Assembly (NCBI GenBank): GCA_035525055.1
Contig: DATLEZ010000040.1
Location: 12,099-76,098 of the forward strand
Direction: 5' to 3'
Source of the DNA: Acidimicrobiia bacterium
GTDB lineage: Bacteria > Actinomycetota > Acidimicrobiia > Spongiisociales > ZC4RG35
Length of the DNA: 64,000 nucleotides
Below, piece after piece: positions 8,316 through 17,936 of the stretch (positions are counted from its first letter, which is position 1; each line of letters begins with the position of its first letter). A model generated the notes under the pieces. The model searched no databases. It was not told the DNA's origin and saw only the letters and a program-made list of their open reading frames with translations. A program made the position numbers and the translations under genes.

Positions 8316-9533
8316 ATGTCGTCGCAACGGCCTACCGCCACGGCTGAGCAGACATTCTGGGAACGCCTGGCAGCCCGTACCAGGCTTGCCGGTGCTGCAG
8401 CCACGATCGAGAGCCCGAGGACGGTCATGCGAATCGCAACCGGGGCGGCCTGGGCGGCCGCCGCCAATGCGGTTTTCACCGCTTTCGCATTCTTCTGGTT
8501 CGACGAGCCGGCGGCGGGAATCATGACCGTCGCGGTAACCGTGTCATACCTAGGCGCCTGGGTCTGGTACGCAAAGACCGGCAGCGTCCTCGACCTGGCC
8601 GTGATCACGGTGGTGGCGAGCACCATCGACATCTTGGCCGTCCACATGCTTCTTGGGGGGTACGCCAACTCGGGCAGCTACATGGTGTGGGGCATCACTC
8701 AGGTGTTGATCGCGGCGATCGTGTTCCCTCGAAGGGTCACACTCGGCGTCGTGGCCCTCTTCGCTGCCAGTGGAATCGCCTTCGGTGTGCTGGAGCCTTG
8801 GCTGGCCGGGGGAAGGCCTCCACCGGATCCGACCTTGAGGGCGCTCCTATTCGTCATCGTGCTACTGGGCAATCTCGGATTGCTCGCCCTCATTCTGACC
8901 TCGATTCTGAACCGACTGTCCGCCGAGCGCCGCCGCGCGGAGAGCCTGCTGTTGAATGTGCTCCCCGCCGTGATCGCAGCCGAACTGAAAGAGCACGGCG
9001 AGATCAAAGCCCGACGTTTCGACTCGGTCAGTGTGCTCTTCGCCGACGTCGTCGGGTTCACCCCGATGACGGCCTCAATCGAGCCGGAAGTGATGGTCGA
9101 CCGGCTCAACGTGATCTTCACCCATTTCGACACGCTGGCGGACCGCTACGGCTGCGAGAAGATCCGGACCATCGGAGATGGATACATGGTCGCCGCCGGC
9201 GTCCCGGTTCCGAAAGACGACCACGCCCACGCCTTGGCTGCAATGGCTCTCGACATGCTCGACTACATCGAGGACGGACCGTTTCGTCTCCGTATCGGCA
9301 TCGACACCGGCCCGGTCGTGGCAGGTGTCATCGGCACGAGGAAGTTCCAGTACGACGTGTGGGGCGACACCGTAAACACGGCGAGTCGGATGGAGTCCCA
9401 TGGCGAGCCCAATCGGATCCACGTCACAGAGTCTGTGCGGGCCGTCCTTGCCGATCGCTACCAGTTCCAGCCGAGAGGCACCATCTCGGTTAAGGGCAAG
9501 GGGAAGATGGAGACCTTTTTCCTCCTCGGATAG
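8316..9533 (+). CDS. Membrane-anchored class III adenylate/guanylate cyclase
   Basis: About 200-aa multi-TM N-terminus, then cyclase core FADVVGFT, RTIGDGYM and VWGDTVNTASRME. Confidence 0.9.
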   Translation: MSSQRPTATAEQTFWERLAARTRLAGAAATIESPRTVMRIATGAAWAAAANAVFTAFAFFWFDEPAAGIMTVAVTVSYLGAWVWYAKTGSVLDLAVITVVASTIDILAVHMLLGGYANSGSYMVWGITQVLIAAIVFPRRVTLGVVALFAASGIAFGVLEPWLAGGRPPPDPTLRALLFVIVLLGNLGLLALILTSILNRLSAERRRAESLLLNVLPAVIAAELKEHGEIKARRFDSVSVLFADVVGFTPMTASIEPEVMVDRLNVIFTHFDTLADRYGCEKIRTIGDGYMVAAGVPVPKDDHAHALAAMALDMLDYIEDGPFRLRIGIDTGPVVAGVIGTRKFQYDVWGDTVNTASRMESHGEPNRIHVTESVRAVLADRYQFQPRGTISVKGKGKMETFFLLG

Positions 9534-9966
9534 CGGAGCTGCGCATATGGCAGGAACCCAACGAATCCAAGAGATTTCAGGGACTGGACGCTGCTTTAGC
9601 AACGGACTTCGAGCCCAGCGGTACCTCGCACCGTTCCCATTCCCTGGACTAGGCAGTTCCCGAGGAGGGTCTGTTGTGTGCCTTCGCCAAGATCGTCTTA
9701 GGTATTCGGTGACGCGCCGCAGCGCAGAGCGAAACCTGGGACACCTAGCCGCCGAGCCTCAAGGGCAAAGCTCTCGGGCGTTCCTGCGATGCGGATCAGC
9801 CCGTTGAGTGGCTGAAGCACCAGGTGGCGACGCCCATGGTCCTCGATCCAGAGGTATCCGGCATTCATGGCAAGGCGAGCCGCGTTCCTGGAAAAAACGA
9901 ACCCACGACTCAGAAGGACCCCCGGTTCCATTTAGTCGCGAGCAAACTGGCGATGACGGGAGCCGG

Positions 9967-10213
9967 CGCGTTCCAGAAATCGACCAAACGCGTTCCACAG
10001 ACAACCGGTAAGGACCGGATCCGGCCCATAGCCATTGGTCGGATCCAGTTCTCAACCAATCCCACGTCCCCATGTCCCCCCGGGATGGGTTGGAAACGCG
10101 GTTGAAAACCGGCACGACCGACCCGTCGGACACAGATTAGGTGGAGCTACAGCGCATAACTTCCGTCGGACCCTGTCCGGGAGGCCCAGAACGCCCGGTC
10201 GGGCGCGGGCAGT
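9967..10213 (+). repeat. Conserved element, copy B (both arms)
   Basis: CGCGTTCCA at 9967 and 9989 (22-bp spacing; another at 9881), core ACGTCCCCATGTCCCC, inverted TGGAAACGCG at 10091, then the conserved 120-nt right arm ending GGGCGCGGGCAGT. Confidence 0.8.
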
Positions 10214-10394
10214 TACGAAGGACGTCTGATCCCGGCTTCGCAGGTCTAGAGGCGGATCGTAGGAGTGTTTGACCGGCTTCCCCGTAGGTGAAACCGTCAT
10301 GGCATGCAACGGGACCGCCTGTTTCGTTACCTGGGCGGTGCCCAACCACCCCGTCCCGGATCGTGAAACGTAGGAACCGCATAACCTCCAGCCG

Positions 10395-11564
10395 ATGCTG
10401 ACTGCTCGCAGGGCTCGCATCGGCTGGCTGGTGTCCATGATGATTCTTCTTCCGGCCGCCGTAGTGGGCCTCGGCGCTGTGGTCCAACGGCCCGATCTGG
10501 TCTCGTCTCCTGTATTCCTTGATCTTGTGGGCCGCGTTGGGATTTCGCCGGTCGCCGCGGCGTGGCTCGGATTCGTATTGCCGACCGCTTTGGCGTTCGT
10601 AGTGGCGGCTGTCATTCGCCGGGGACGGCCCGATGATCCCTCCGCCCTCCTATTCGGGCTATCGGTGGTATCGCTCTACCTCATCGTCGCTGGAGTGGGG
10701 ACGGCACTGTCCGAGGTGACAGCGCATGCGGTGGGTCGTTTTGTTGACGTCTTGGCAGTTGTCCTCTTGACGTTGGGCTTGTACCTCTTCCCAAACGGGC
10801 GCTTCCTACCACGATGGACCCGATGGCCCGCGATCGCGATGGCCGCTGTCAGCATCGCTTTTCCGGATCTGATCGGCGCTGCGAGGTCGATGGGCACCGA
10901 CAGTCCCGGCACCTTTTCGCTCGAAACGAGACACCTTGCCGCGGCGGTCGCTGTGTTGGCGCTGGGGACCTGGCTGCCGGCTCAGGTCTATCGATATCGG
11001 CGACTCTCGACACCTCTCGAGAAGCTTCAAACTCGTTGGATCATCTTCGGATTTGCACTCGTTCTCATCGGCTCACTGGGCGCCATTCTCCTCAGAGCGA
11101 TTGGAATCCCGTCGAGGTGGGTGGCGTGGCCGCTGCTGTTGGCGGCGGCAGGCACCTTCATATTGCCAGCGGCTGCCGGCCTCGCAGTCCTTCGATACCG
11201 GCTTTATGAGATCGATCGCATCATCTCTCGCACTGTCACATACTCGATTTTGGCTGGCCTGTTGGCCGCGTTGTACCTGGCCACGGTCTACGCCATGACG
11301 CGGCTCGTACCGGTGACGGGTGATCTAGCGGTGGCGGGTTCTACACTTGCGATTGCCGCCCTCTTCAACCCACTTCGGCGACGTGTTCAGCGGGTGGTGG
11401 ACCGCCGCTTCAACCGGTCGCGTTACGACGCCGTATTGATGATCGAGTCGTTCGCCTTGAGACTTCGCTCGGGAATCGAGCTAGGCGAAGTGCTGGCCGA
11501 TCTCCAGCAGGTACTGGTTCACACCGTCGAACCAGCGTCTACCAAGATTTGGTTGCGAGCATGA
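10395..11564 (+). CDS. Polytopic membrane protein, paralog of 6116..7210
   Basis: Multi-TM, with C-terminal LRYRLYEIDRIISRTVTYS...LFNPLRRRVQRVVDRRFNRSRYD...VEPASTKIWLR. Confidence 0.75.
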   Translation: MLTARRARIGWLVSMMILLPAAVVGLGAVVQRPDLVSSPVFLDLVGRVGISPVAAAWLGFVLPTALAFVVAAVIRRGRPDDPSALLFGLSVVSLYLIVAGVGTALSEVTAHAVGRFVDVLAVVLLTLGLYLFPNGRFLPRWTRWPAIAMAAVSIAFPDLIGAARSMGTDSPGTFSLETRHLAAAVAVLALGTWLPAQVYRYRRLSTPLEKLQTRWIIFGFALVLIGSLGAILLRAIGIPSRWVAWPLLLAAAGTFILPAAAGLAVLRYRLYEIDRIISRTVTYSILAGLLAALYLATVYAMTRLVPVTGDLAVAGSTLAIAALFNPLRRRVQRVVDRRFNRSRYDAVLMIESFALRLRSGIELGEVLADLQQVLVHTVEPASTKIWLRA

Positions 11565-11879
11565 ACCGAGTTTCCTCCAACCGGAAGCGGCCGCTACCTC
11601 CCTTTGAGCTCGAAACGGGAAGCAACCCCATGCACCGAGGACCGGAGCACGATGACATTGTCAGCAACGGAGGTCGATGGTTAGCCGACTGCCGGCTGGC
11701 CGACCTGCTGCCAGGCCGTAGTAACTCACGGGGTTCGGGCACCGGTCGGGTTGAGGTGCGCAGCCAGACTGCCCGGTGGGAGGCCACAGCGTTTCGGGTC
11801 GCGGTGCAGATCGCCCGCCTCCGTTACGGAGGCAGCCAGCACCGTCAACAGCAATCGGCGGATGCCCCGCGTGGTCACG

Positions 11880-12638
11880 TCAGCTCTCCACGGTCAGTGT
11901 TCCCACCATTCCCGCATCGACGTGTCCGGGGATGGCACAGACGAACTGGTACTGCCCAGGAGCCGCATCGAACGAGGCTCCCAGCTCCGCGCCCACGGGC
12001 ACCCGGAGATCGACACCGAGCTCGTCGACGGTGAAGGTGTGCCAGAACAAGTCCCTGTTCTCCATCGTGACGACCACACTTCCTTCGTTGACTTTCAGCT
12101 CGGTTTCCGAGAAGGCCAAGTTCTCGGACACAAGTGCGATATCCCCGGCGCCGATTTCGACGCGGCTGATGCTCGCACCCCAGACCAGGAGGACTCCCAG
12201 CAGCAGAACACATACGCCCATACTGAGCCATGGCCCGGTAGTCGACCCAGAAGCCCGGTTGGCAAAGAACCCGATAGCGGCAATGAGGGCGAGGAGGGAG
12301 ACCGCGGCCACGATCGACGAGATCAGGACGGAAGACATCGGCGATCCCTCCCGGATGTTGGTCATCGCCGCGGTCAGCATGAAATACAGAGTGATCGCAC
12401 CGGCGAGGGCCACCCCGGTCGCACCGAGGGTCCCTCGGCGCACCCGGGTAAGCCACGTGGCCAGAGCGAACCCCAACGCTACCGCTCCTCCTTCGAGGTC
12501 ACCTAGAACCGCCGAGATCGTCCCGATAGCCACTGTGGCCACGATGCCGCCGATGAACAGCAACCGGCGCCAGGTCAATCCCCGGCCAGCGGGCTCCGCC
12601 GTGATCGCATCAGGCCTTGTGACAGAACTCACGAGCAC
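11880..12638 (-). CDS. Membrane-anchored cupredoxin-domain protein
   Basis: About 5 TM helices, then a C-terminal beta-rich domain with a type-1 copper ligand pattern (WHTF ... FVCAIPGHVDAGM = C-x4-H-x4-M). Confidence 0.65.
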   Translation of the reverse strand: MLVSSVTRPDAITAEPAGRGLTWRRLLFIGGIVATVAIGTISAVLGDLEGGAVALGFALATWLTRVRRGTLGATGVALAGAITLYFMLTAAMTNIREGSPMSSVLISSIVAAVSLLALIAAIGFFANRASGSTTGPWLSMGVCVLLLGVLLVWGASISRVEIGAGDIALVSENLAFSETELKVNEGSVVVTMENRDLFWHTFTVDELGVDLRVPVGAELGASFDAAPGQYQFVCAIPGHVDAGMVGTLTVES

Positions 12639-13072
12639 TCTCCTTCGCCGTCAACGAGCGACGCCAGGGCCGCAACGAGCATGAGGATCGGAAGCACGAT
12701 GTTGGCTACCGCCACAACGGTGTCGGCCGGTGGCAAGTCTCGAGTCACGATCCTGTGGCTCACCGGCTCGCTGACTGCCCCGGCGACGAACAGGGCTGAG
12801 AGAAAGGCGAGCCAGGCTCGTGCCCGCCGACCATTCGCGTCCGCCCTCGGAGCCAGGCCGAGCGACAACCACATCTGGACGACGAGGTTCCAGGGGGCAG
12901 CGAGGCCCGCGCCGTGGACGCCACCCAAGACGCTTCGTCTCACATCGGATCCCATATCGAGCCCCAGAGCCCGGGCAGGGTATCCGCGCTTGATCGAGAG
13001 ATAGCTCCCAGCGACGAATGTCACGGTGTATGCGGTGGCCGCCGATCGGGCGATCCTGAGAGGACGGGTCAT
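12629..13072 (-). CDS. Hypothetical membrane protein (147 aa)
   Basis: About four hydrophobic helices. Overlaps the start of 11880..12638 by 10 nt, consistent with an operon. Confidence 0.45.
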   Translation of the reverse strand: MTRPLRIARSAATAYTVTFVAGSYLSIKRGYPARALGLDMGSDVRRSVLGGVHGAGLAAPWNLVVQMWLSLGLAPRADANGRRARAWLAFLSALFVAGAVSEPVSHRIVTRDLPPADTVVAVANIVLPILMLVAALASLVDGEGECS

Positions 13073-13318
13073 TTCGAACCTCCTTTTCTCCTTTCTAGCA
13101 ATGGAACGTTCCGCAAGGGTTACGGGATTTCGACAAGTTGACCAGACTCCTCACCCAGACCGACCGCTGCCGGCTGCATGGTCTCGGAGACCACTCCCAG
13201 CCATCCGTCCACCACTCCATCCGGATCGACCCTCTCCTCCATGGTGCTCGCAAAACCTTGGACCACCCGGTCCGCATCGGATCGGGACCGGTGAACCTTC
13301 GGTCCACCGAGTCCGACA

Positions 13319-13560
13319 CGCGTTCCAGGATCGGGCAAAACGCGTTCCAGGGTCAATGTTTCAGCGGGCGAAAACCCAAGCACCGTGGGGTTCAGGAGGT
13401 TTCCAACCAATCCCACGTCCCTGGGTTGGAAACGCGGTTGAAAACCGGCACGACCGACCCGTTGCACACAGAATAAGTGTTGTTACAGCGCATAACTACC
13501 GGCGGAACCGTTGCCCCTGGTCTGAGACCAGGGACAACGTCAACCACGCCGCCCGGCAGA
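13319..13560 (+). repeat. Conserved element, copy C (both arms)
   Basis: CGCGTTCCAG at 13319 and 13341 (22-bp spacing), core ACGTCCC, inverted TGGAAACGCG at 13427, conserved right arm, different hairpin (GTTGCCCCTGGTC TGA GACCAGGGACAAC). Confidence 0.8.
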
Positions 13561-13606
13561 ACGCGTGCAACACACTGTGAACCCGGCCGCGGCCAGGAAG
13601 CTGGAC

Positions 13607-14536
13607 CTACTTGTCGAACTCGATCCCGTCGATGACTCCGATGAAGGCCTTGGCCACTACGCGGTAGCCCTTGGGGTTGAGATGTCGGTTGGCCTTGGCA
13701 TCAGGGTCGTCGGGACACATGAAGCTGAGCTTGCAGAGGACGTCGACGTTGTCGGCGATGCCGTTCATCGGGCTCTCGTCAGTGAAGTCCCCGGCGCTGA
13801 ATGCGGTGTAGACATCGGCTACCTGGGCACCGGTCGCTGCGTAAGCCTGGGCGAGGGCACCGTTGAACGCCTGGGCAAGGGAGTCGCTGAGGAGGGCGAA
13901 GGCCGGATCAGGTGCCTGCTGTCCAGGGACTCCGCTGAAGAACCCGATCGCCGCCGCCACAAACGGGTTGTAGTAGTTCATGGCCACGACGGGCCCGGTG
14001 TATCCACCGACCTGTCTGAGGGTCCCCACGATCTGGGCCACCTTGCCGGCGATGGCCTGGATCTGCGCACCGAGGCAGGATGGATCATTGAATCCACAGA
14101 CCCCCAGTGCTTGCGTGATGTCATTGGCGCCGATGTCGATTGTGATCAGCACAACATTCTCCGCCGCCAGCGTCGCCAGTGCGTCTCCCATCTGTGATCC
14201 TGTCGCATAGTCGGCGGTGCAGGTGGAAGGCTGACCGGACACATTGACACCACCCATGAACTGGTCGGTCGTCTCACCGGGACATCCCAGCTTGACGTGC
14301 CCCAGATCAGCGGCAACCCGCCCGCCGATCCGTTGGAAGAGTTGGTCGGTGTATGACTGATCCGAGAATTCGATGCTGTTCCCTTCGGCATCGGCCAGCG
14401 TGCCGGCCGCAAGGGAGGTCCCCAGGGACAGATACACCGCTTCCTCGGGAGAGGCGGCCACCGCCGCCAAGGGTTGGGCGACGACTATCAGCGCCATCAC
14501 CACGGTCAGGAGAACCCGTCTCGTGCTCACGATCAC
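13607..14536 (-). CDS. Secreted SGNH/GDSL-family hydrolase
   Basis: Signal peptide MIVSTRRVLLTVVMALIVVAQPLAAVAA. Block I SLGTSLAAG and block III IGANDI. Confidence 0.75.
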   Translation of the reverse strand: MIVSTRRVLLTVVMALIVVAQPLAAVAASPEEAVYLSLGTSLAAGTLADAEGNSIEFSDQSYTDQLFQRIGGRVAADLGHVKLGCPGETTDQFMGGVNVSGQPSTCTADYATGSQMGDALATLAAENVVLITIDIGANDITQALGVCGFNDPSCLGAQIQAIAGKVAQIVGTLRQVGGYTGPVVAMNYYNPFVAAAIGFFSGVPGQQAPDPAFALLSDSLAQAFNGALAQAYAATGAQVADVYTAFSAGDFTDESPMNGIADNVDVLCKLSFMCPDDPDAKANRHLNPKGYRVVAKAFIGVIDGIEFDK

Positions 14537-14772
14537 TCCTCGGGTAGATTGCGTGGGAATCTACACACCTCGGACAAGCCTCCCGATATGGGACTTTGTC
14601 CCAATCTACCCAAAGCCATCAACTCAAGCTCGACTCGAAAGAATCGGGGGAGCCGAGGGCCGTGGGGCCAGGTCCGAGATGCACCGTCATGGGCTCAGGT
14701 CTAGAAGGCGTCGAGATCGTGTCCTTTGCCAGAGACGGAGCTGTCGCGGCATTCCAAGTGTTGGAGCCCACC

Positions 14773-17700
14773 TCAAACTCTGCCGCTCGGCCCCTCCCTC
14801 GCCTTGTCGGTGATAGCGCGGGCGGCCGCAACGGTCTGCTCCCATGACAAGATTGCGCCCCGGTCCCAGTGGGCGACAAAGGATTCCTCTTGCTCCGCTT
14901 TCAGCCTGGCCAGATCCGCCTGGTAGCGGGCTAGATCCCAAGCCGGCATTGGGTGCAGTAGCTCCCCCCGCCACCGGTCCGCCGCCCCAAACAGGACCGC
15001 TGCGGGCTCGAGCAGGCCGATCTCGCTAGCCAGACCGGCGATCGACTCGAACATCCAAACTGCGGTGCCGGTTTGTCTGATCTCAAGGGCTTCAAATAGG
15101 GACCGGTCGAACCGCTCGGCGCTTAGCTCATGCTGGCCGGCTCGACGCGCCCACCATCCCCAGGACCCGTAACCGACCGCAGTTCCAAACCGAATACCCA
15201 CCGCATCGAATTCCGCCACCGCCTCCCGGTACGTGCGATCCCCGGCCGCCGGATCATCAGAGGCGGCCAATACCTCCGCAAGGTCGTAGAGGGTCCATGC
15301 AATGGCCGGCCGGGCGCTGGCCTGCCGGAATAGTCCCAGCGCTTCCTGCAAAAGACCCGAGGCACCACTCCGCCCTAGAAATTGAGTGGCCCGCGCTTCG
15401 ACCAGCAGGGCATTGGCGATGCCTAGCTTGTCGCCTAGCCCCTCGAACAGCCGGCGCGCCTCCTCGGCCAACCCCAGCATCTCGGAGTAACCGGCGTTCC
15501 AAAAAACTGTCATCGCTCGCTCGAGCAGGCTCCAAGCCAGACCGACATGGTCGCCTGCATCACGGGAAGCCCCCGTCGCCTCATCGATATCGGACGGGTC
15601 GCGCCGTCCAGAAGCGGACGAAATGGCCCGAAGACGAAGCGCATCGGCACGACCGACCTTGTCTCCAACTTGTTCAAACGCGGCCAAAGCCTCGCTGGCG
15701 AGGGTGTGGGCCATCTCCGGTTCTCCTGCCAGTTCTGCCATGGAGGAGGCGGTCCCAAGCACTCGCGCCTTCCAGCGAATATCGGCATTCGGGGCCGCGC
15801 CAAGCACCCGGTCGATCCAGGAGCGGGCCTCCCCCACCAGGCCTCGCAACACCCAGAACTCCCCGAGTGCGCCGGTGAGCCGCATCGCTTCATCGTGAGA
15901 TCCGACGGCCAGGAGGTGATCGAGCGCCGCCCGGAAATTGGGTTGCTCATCCTCGAAACGACGCATCCAAAAAAACTGTTGCGGATCGTGAAGATGAGAA
16001 AGCCCCGATTCGGCGATCTCGACGTAGTAGTCGGTGAAACCAACCATGAGTGTGGCCTGTTCCGAGCCGGTCAGCTGGCCCGAGGCATATTCGCGCAAGG
16101 TCTCGAGCAACCGGTATCGATGGGACCCGGCACCGTCAAATCGAGTCTGAATCATCGACTTGTCCACGAGCGCGGCCAGCAGTCCGCTGGCATCTTCCGG
16201 TGCAATCGGCTCGAAGGCTGTCACACTTTCGACCGCTTCCAGCGAGAACCAGCTTCGGAAAGGAGCCAGTCGGCGGAAAAGCGCTTGCTCGTTGTGGCTC
16301 AAGAGGTTGTAGCTCCACTCAACTGTGGAACCGAGACTCTGAAGGCGTGAGTGGGCGGTCCGGCTGCCGCCGGAGAGAAACCGGAACCGATGCTCGAGTT
16401 TGGCGGCAATCTCGTCAAGACCGAATGCCCGCACTCTGGCGGCCGCGAGCTCAATCGCCAGCGGCATGCCGTCAAGGCGACGGCAGATCTCGGCCACAAA
16501 CCGAGCACCGTCCTGGTCGACCTGGAAGGTGGGCAACGCCGCGCGGGCTCGTGCCATGAAAAGTTCGACTGCATCTCCGCCCTCACCGGCTCCCGACTCG
16601 ATGACCTCCAGGGGCGGAACCAGCCACACCGTCTCTCCGGGAACCGCCAGCGGCTCCCTGCTCGTTGCGAGGATGGTGAGCCCCGGACACCGATCGAGCA
16701 TTCGGTCGACAAGCGCCGCGGTCGGATCCACCAGGTGCTCGCAATTGTCAAGCACGACGAGTGTTTCTTTCCCGGCGAGGGCGTCGACTAGAACCTGGGA
16801 CGTGACTGCCCCCTGCCTGCGCTCGGGCAGCAGCCCCTCGCCGGTTCCGATCAGGCCCAGGGCTACCGCAATGGTGTCGTCCAAGAGCCCCGGATCGGTG
16901 ATCTGATCAAGCTCGACCCACCACACTCCGTCCTTGAACCGCCCCACCAGCGATCGGGAGATCTCCAACGCCAGACGGGTCTTGCCCGAGCCTCCGGCCC
17001 CGGTCAGGGTGACCAGGCGCGCCTCTTGCAGCCTCGAGGCCACACCCTCGAGCTCCGATCGGCGGCCGATGAATGTGCTCCGTGCGGCAGGGAGGTTGTG
17101 GCGGGGTGACGCTGGGGCGGCCAGTCCCGGGCTCTGGCGAAGGATCGACTCTTCCAGTGAGGTCAGTTCTGGCGAAGGACTCAACCCCAACTCACTCACA
17201 AGGCGATTCCTCAAGGAAGCAAACACACCGAGCGCCTCCGTCTGCCGGCCAGCTTGGTAAAGGGCCAGCATCAACTGCCCCGCCAGCCTCTCTCGATAAG
17301 GGTTGGCTGCGACCAGGCCTTCGAGCTCGGATGCCAATTCGTGATATCGGCCGCCAGCAAGGTCCAGATCGATCCGCCGTTCCAGCAGCGTGAGACGCAG
17401 CTCCTCGAGACGGGTGCGCTCCTGACTGATCGATGGCGTATCGGCCACATCATCAAACGGGCGGCCGCGCCAGAGACTTAGCTGTGTCTGCAGTCTTTCC
17501 TGCTCGTCGAAGCCTTCGGCCAGAGTTGGTTCGGCGAAGACGTCGGCGTCGATGGTCCCGGAGGGCAAGTCAAGGGCGTAGCCGGACCTTCGCTTGATGA
17601 TGACCTTCTCGCCCAACAGGCCCCGCAACCGCGAAACGTAAGCCTGCACGGTGCCGACGGATGAAGGAGGAGGCGACTCACCCCATATTTCGTCGATCAG

Positions 17701-17832
17701 TCGATCCATCGAAACCGGATGCCCGCGATTGGCGATCAGGATGCCCAACAGTGTCCGGGGTCGCGAACCACCCAAGTCGACCTCAGCTCCGTCGATGGCG
17801 ACCTCGAGTGGGCCCAGCACTCTGACTTTCAT
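14773..17832 (-). CDS. AfsR/SARP-type regulator: winged-helix DNA-binding + BTAD + NB-ARC-like P-loop NTPase + TPR (STAND architecture)
   Basis: MKVRVLGPLEV... OmpR-like wHTH, BTAD segment, Walker A GAGGSGKT, long helical-repeat C-terminus. I prefer the ATG at 17832 over the TTG at 17880. Confidence 0.85.
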   Translation of the reverse strand: MKVRVLGPLEVAIDGAEVDLGGSRPRTLLGILIANRGHPVSMDRLIDEIWGESPPPSSVGTVQAYVSRLRGLLGEKVIIKRRSGYALDLPSGTIDADVFAEPTLAEGFDEQERLQTQLSLWRGRPFDDVADTPSISQERTRLEELRLTLLERRIDLDLAGGRYHELASELEGLVAANPYRERLAGQLMLALYQAGRQTEALGVFASLRNRLVSELGLSPSPELTSLEESILRQSPGLAAPASPRHNLPAARSTFIGRRSELEGVASRLQEARLVTLTGAGGSGKTRLALEISRSLVGRFKDGVWWVELDQITDPGLLDDTIAVALGLIGTGEGLLPERRQGAVTSQVLVDALAGKETLVVLDNCEHLVDPTAALVDRMLDRCPGLTILATSREPLAVPGETVWLVPPLEVIESGAGEGGDAVELFMARARAALPTFQVDQDGARFVAEICRRLDGMPLAIELAAARVRAFGLDEIAAKLEHRFRFLSGGSRTAHSRLQSLGSTVEWSYNLLSHNEQALFRRLAPFRSWFSLEAVESVTAFEPIAPEDASGLLAALVDKSMIQTRFDGAGSHRYRLLETLREYASGQLTGSEQATLMVGFTDYYVEIAESGLSHLHDPQQFFWMRRFEDEQPNFRAALDHLLAVGSHDEAMRLTGALGEFWVLRGLVGEARSWIDRVLGAAPNADIRWKARVLGTASSMAELAGEPEMAHTLASEALAAFEQVGDKVGRADALRLRAISSASGRRDPSDIDEATGASRDAGDHVGLAWSLLERAMTVFWNAGYSEMLGLAEEARRLFEGLGDKLGIANALLVEARATQFLGRSGASGLLQEALGLFRQASARPAIAWTLYDLAEVLAASDDPAAGDRTYREAVAEFDAVGIRFGTAVGYGSWGWWARRAGQHELSAERFDRSLFEALEIRQTGTAVWMFESIAGLASEIGLLEPAAVLFGAADRWRGELLHPMPAWDLARYQADLARLKAEQEESFVAHWDRGAILSWEQTVAAARAITDKAREGPSGRV

Positions 17833-17936
17833 AACGGAAGGGACGGTAACCGTAGGGATTTGCCGTGGCCCCTTTTGCAAGATCGGTGCAAGCCGCCGGC
17901 TAGGTGGCTGCAGAGCTCCTTCCGCAGCCTCGGTGA

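Noticed and set aside
9698-10133. Minus-strand ORFs 9698..9931 and 9759..10133 in the 860-nt gap after the cyclase gene
   Set aside because: They overlap each other and the repeated element. One stretch (FVFSRNAARLAMNAGY) is faintly GNAT-like but lacks the rest of the fold. They are probably gene debris or chance ORFs.
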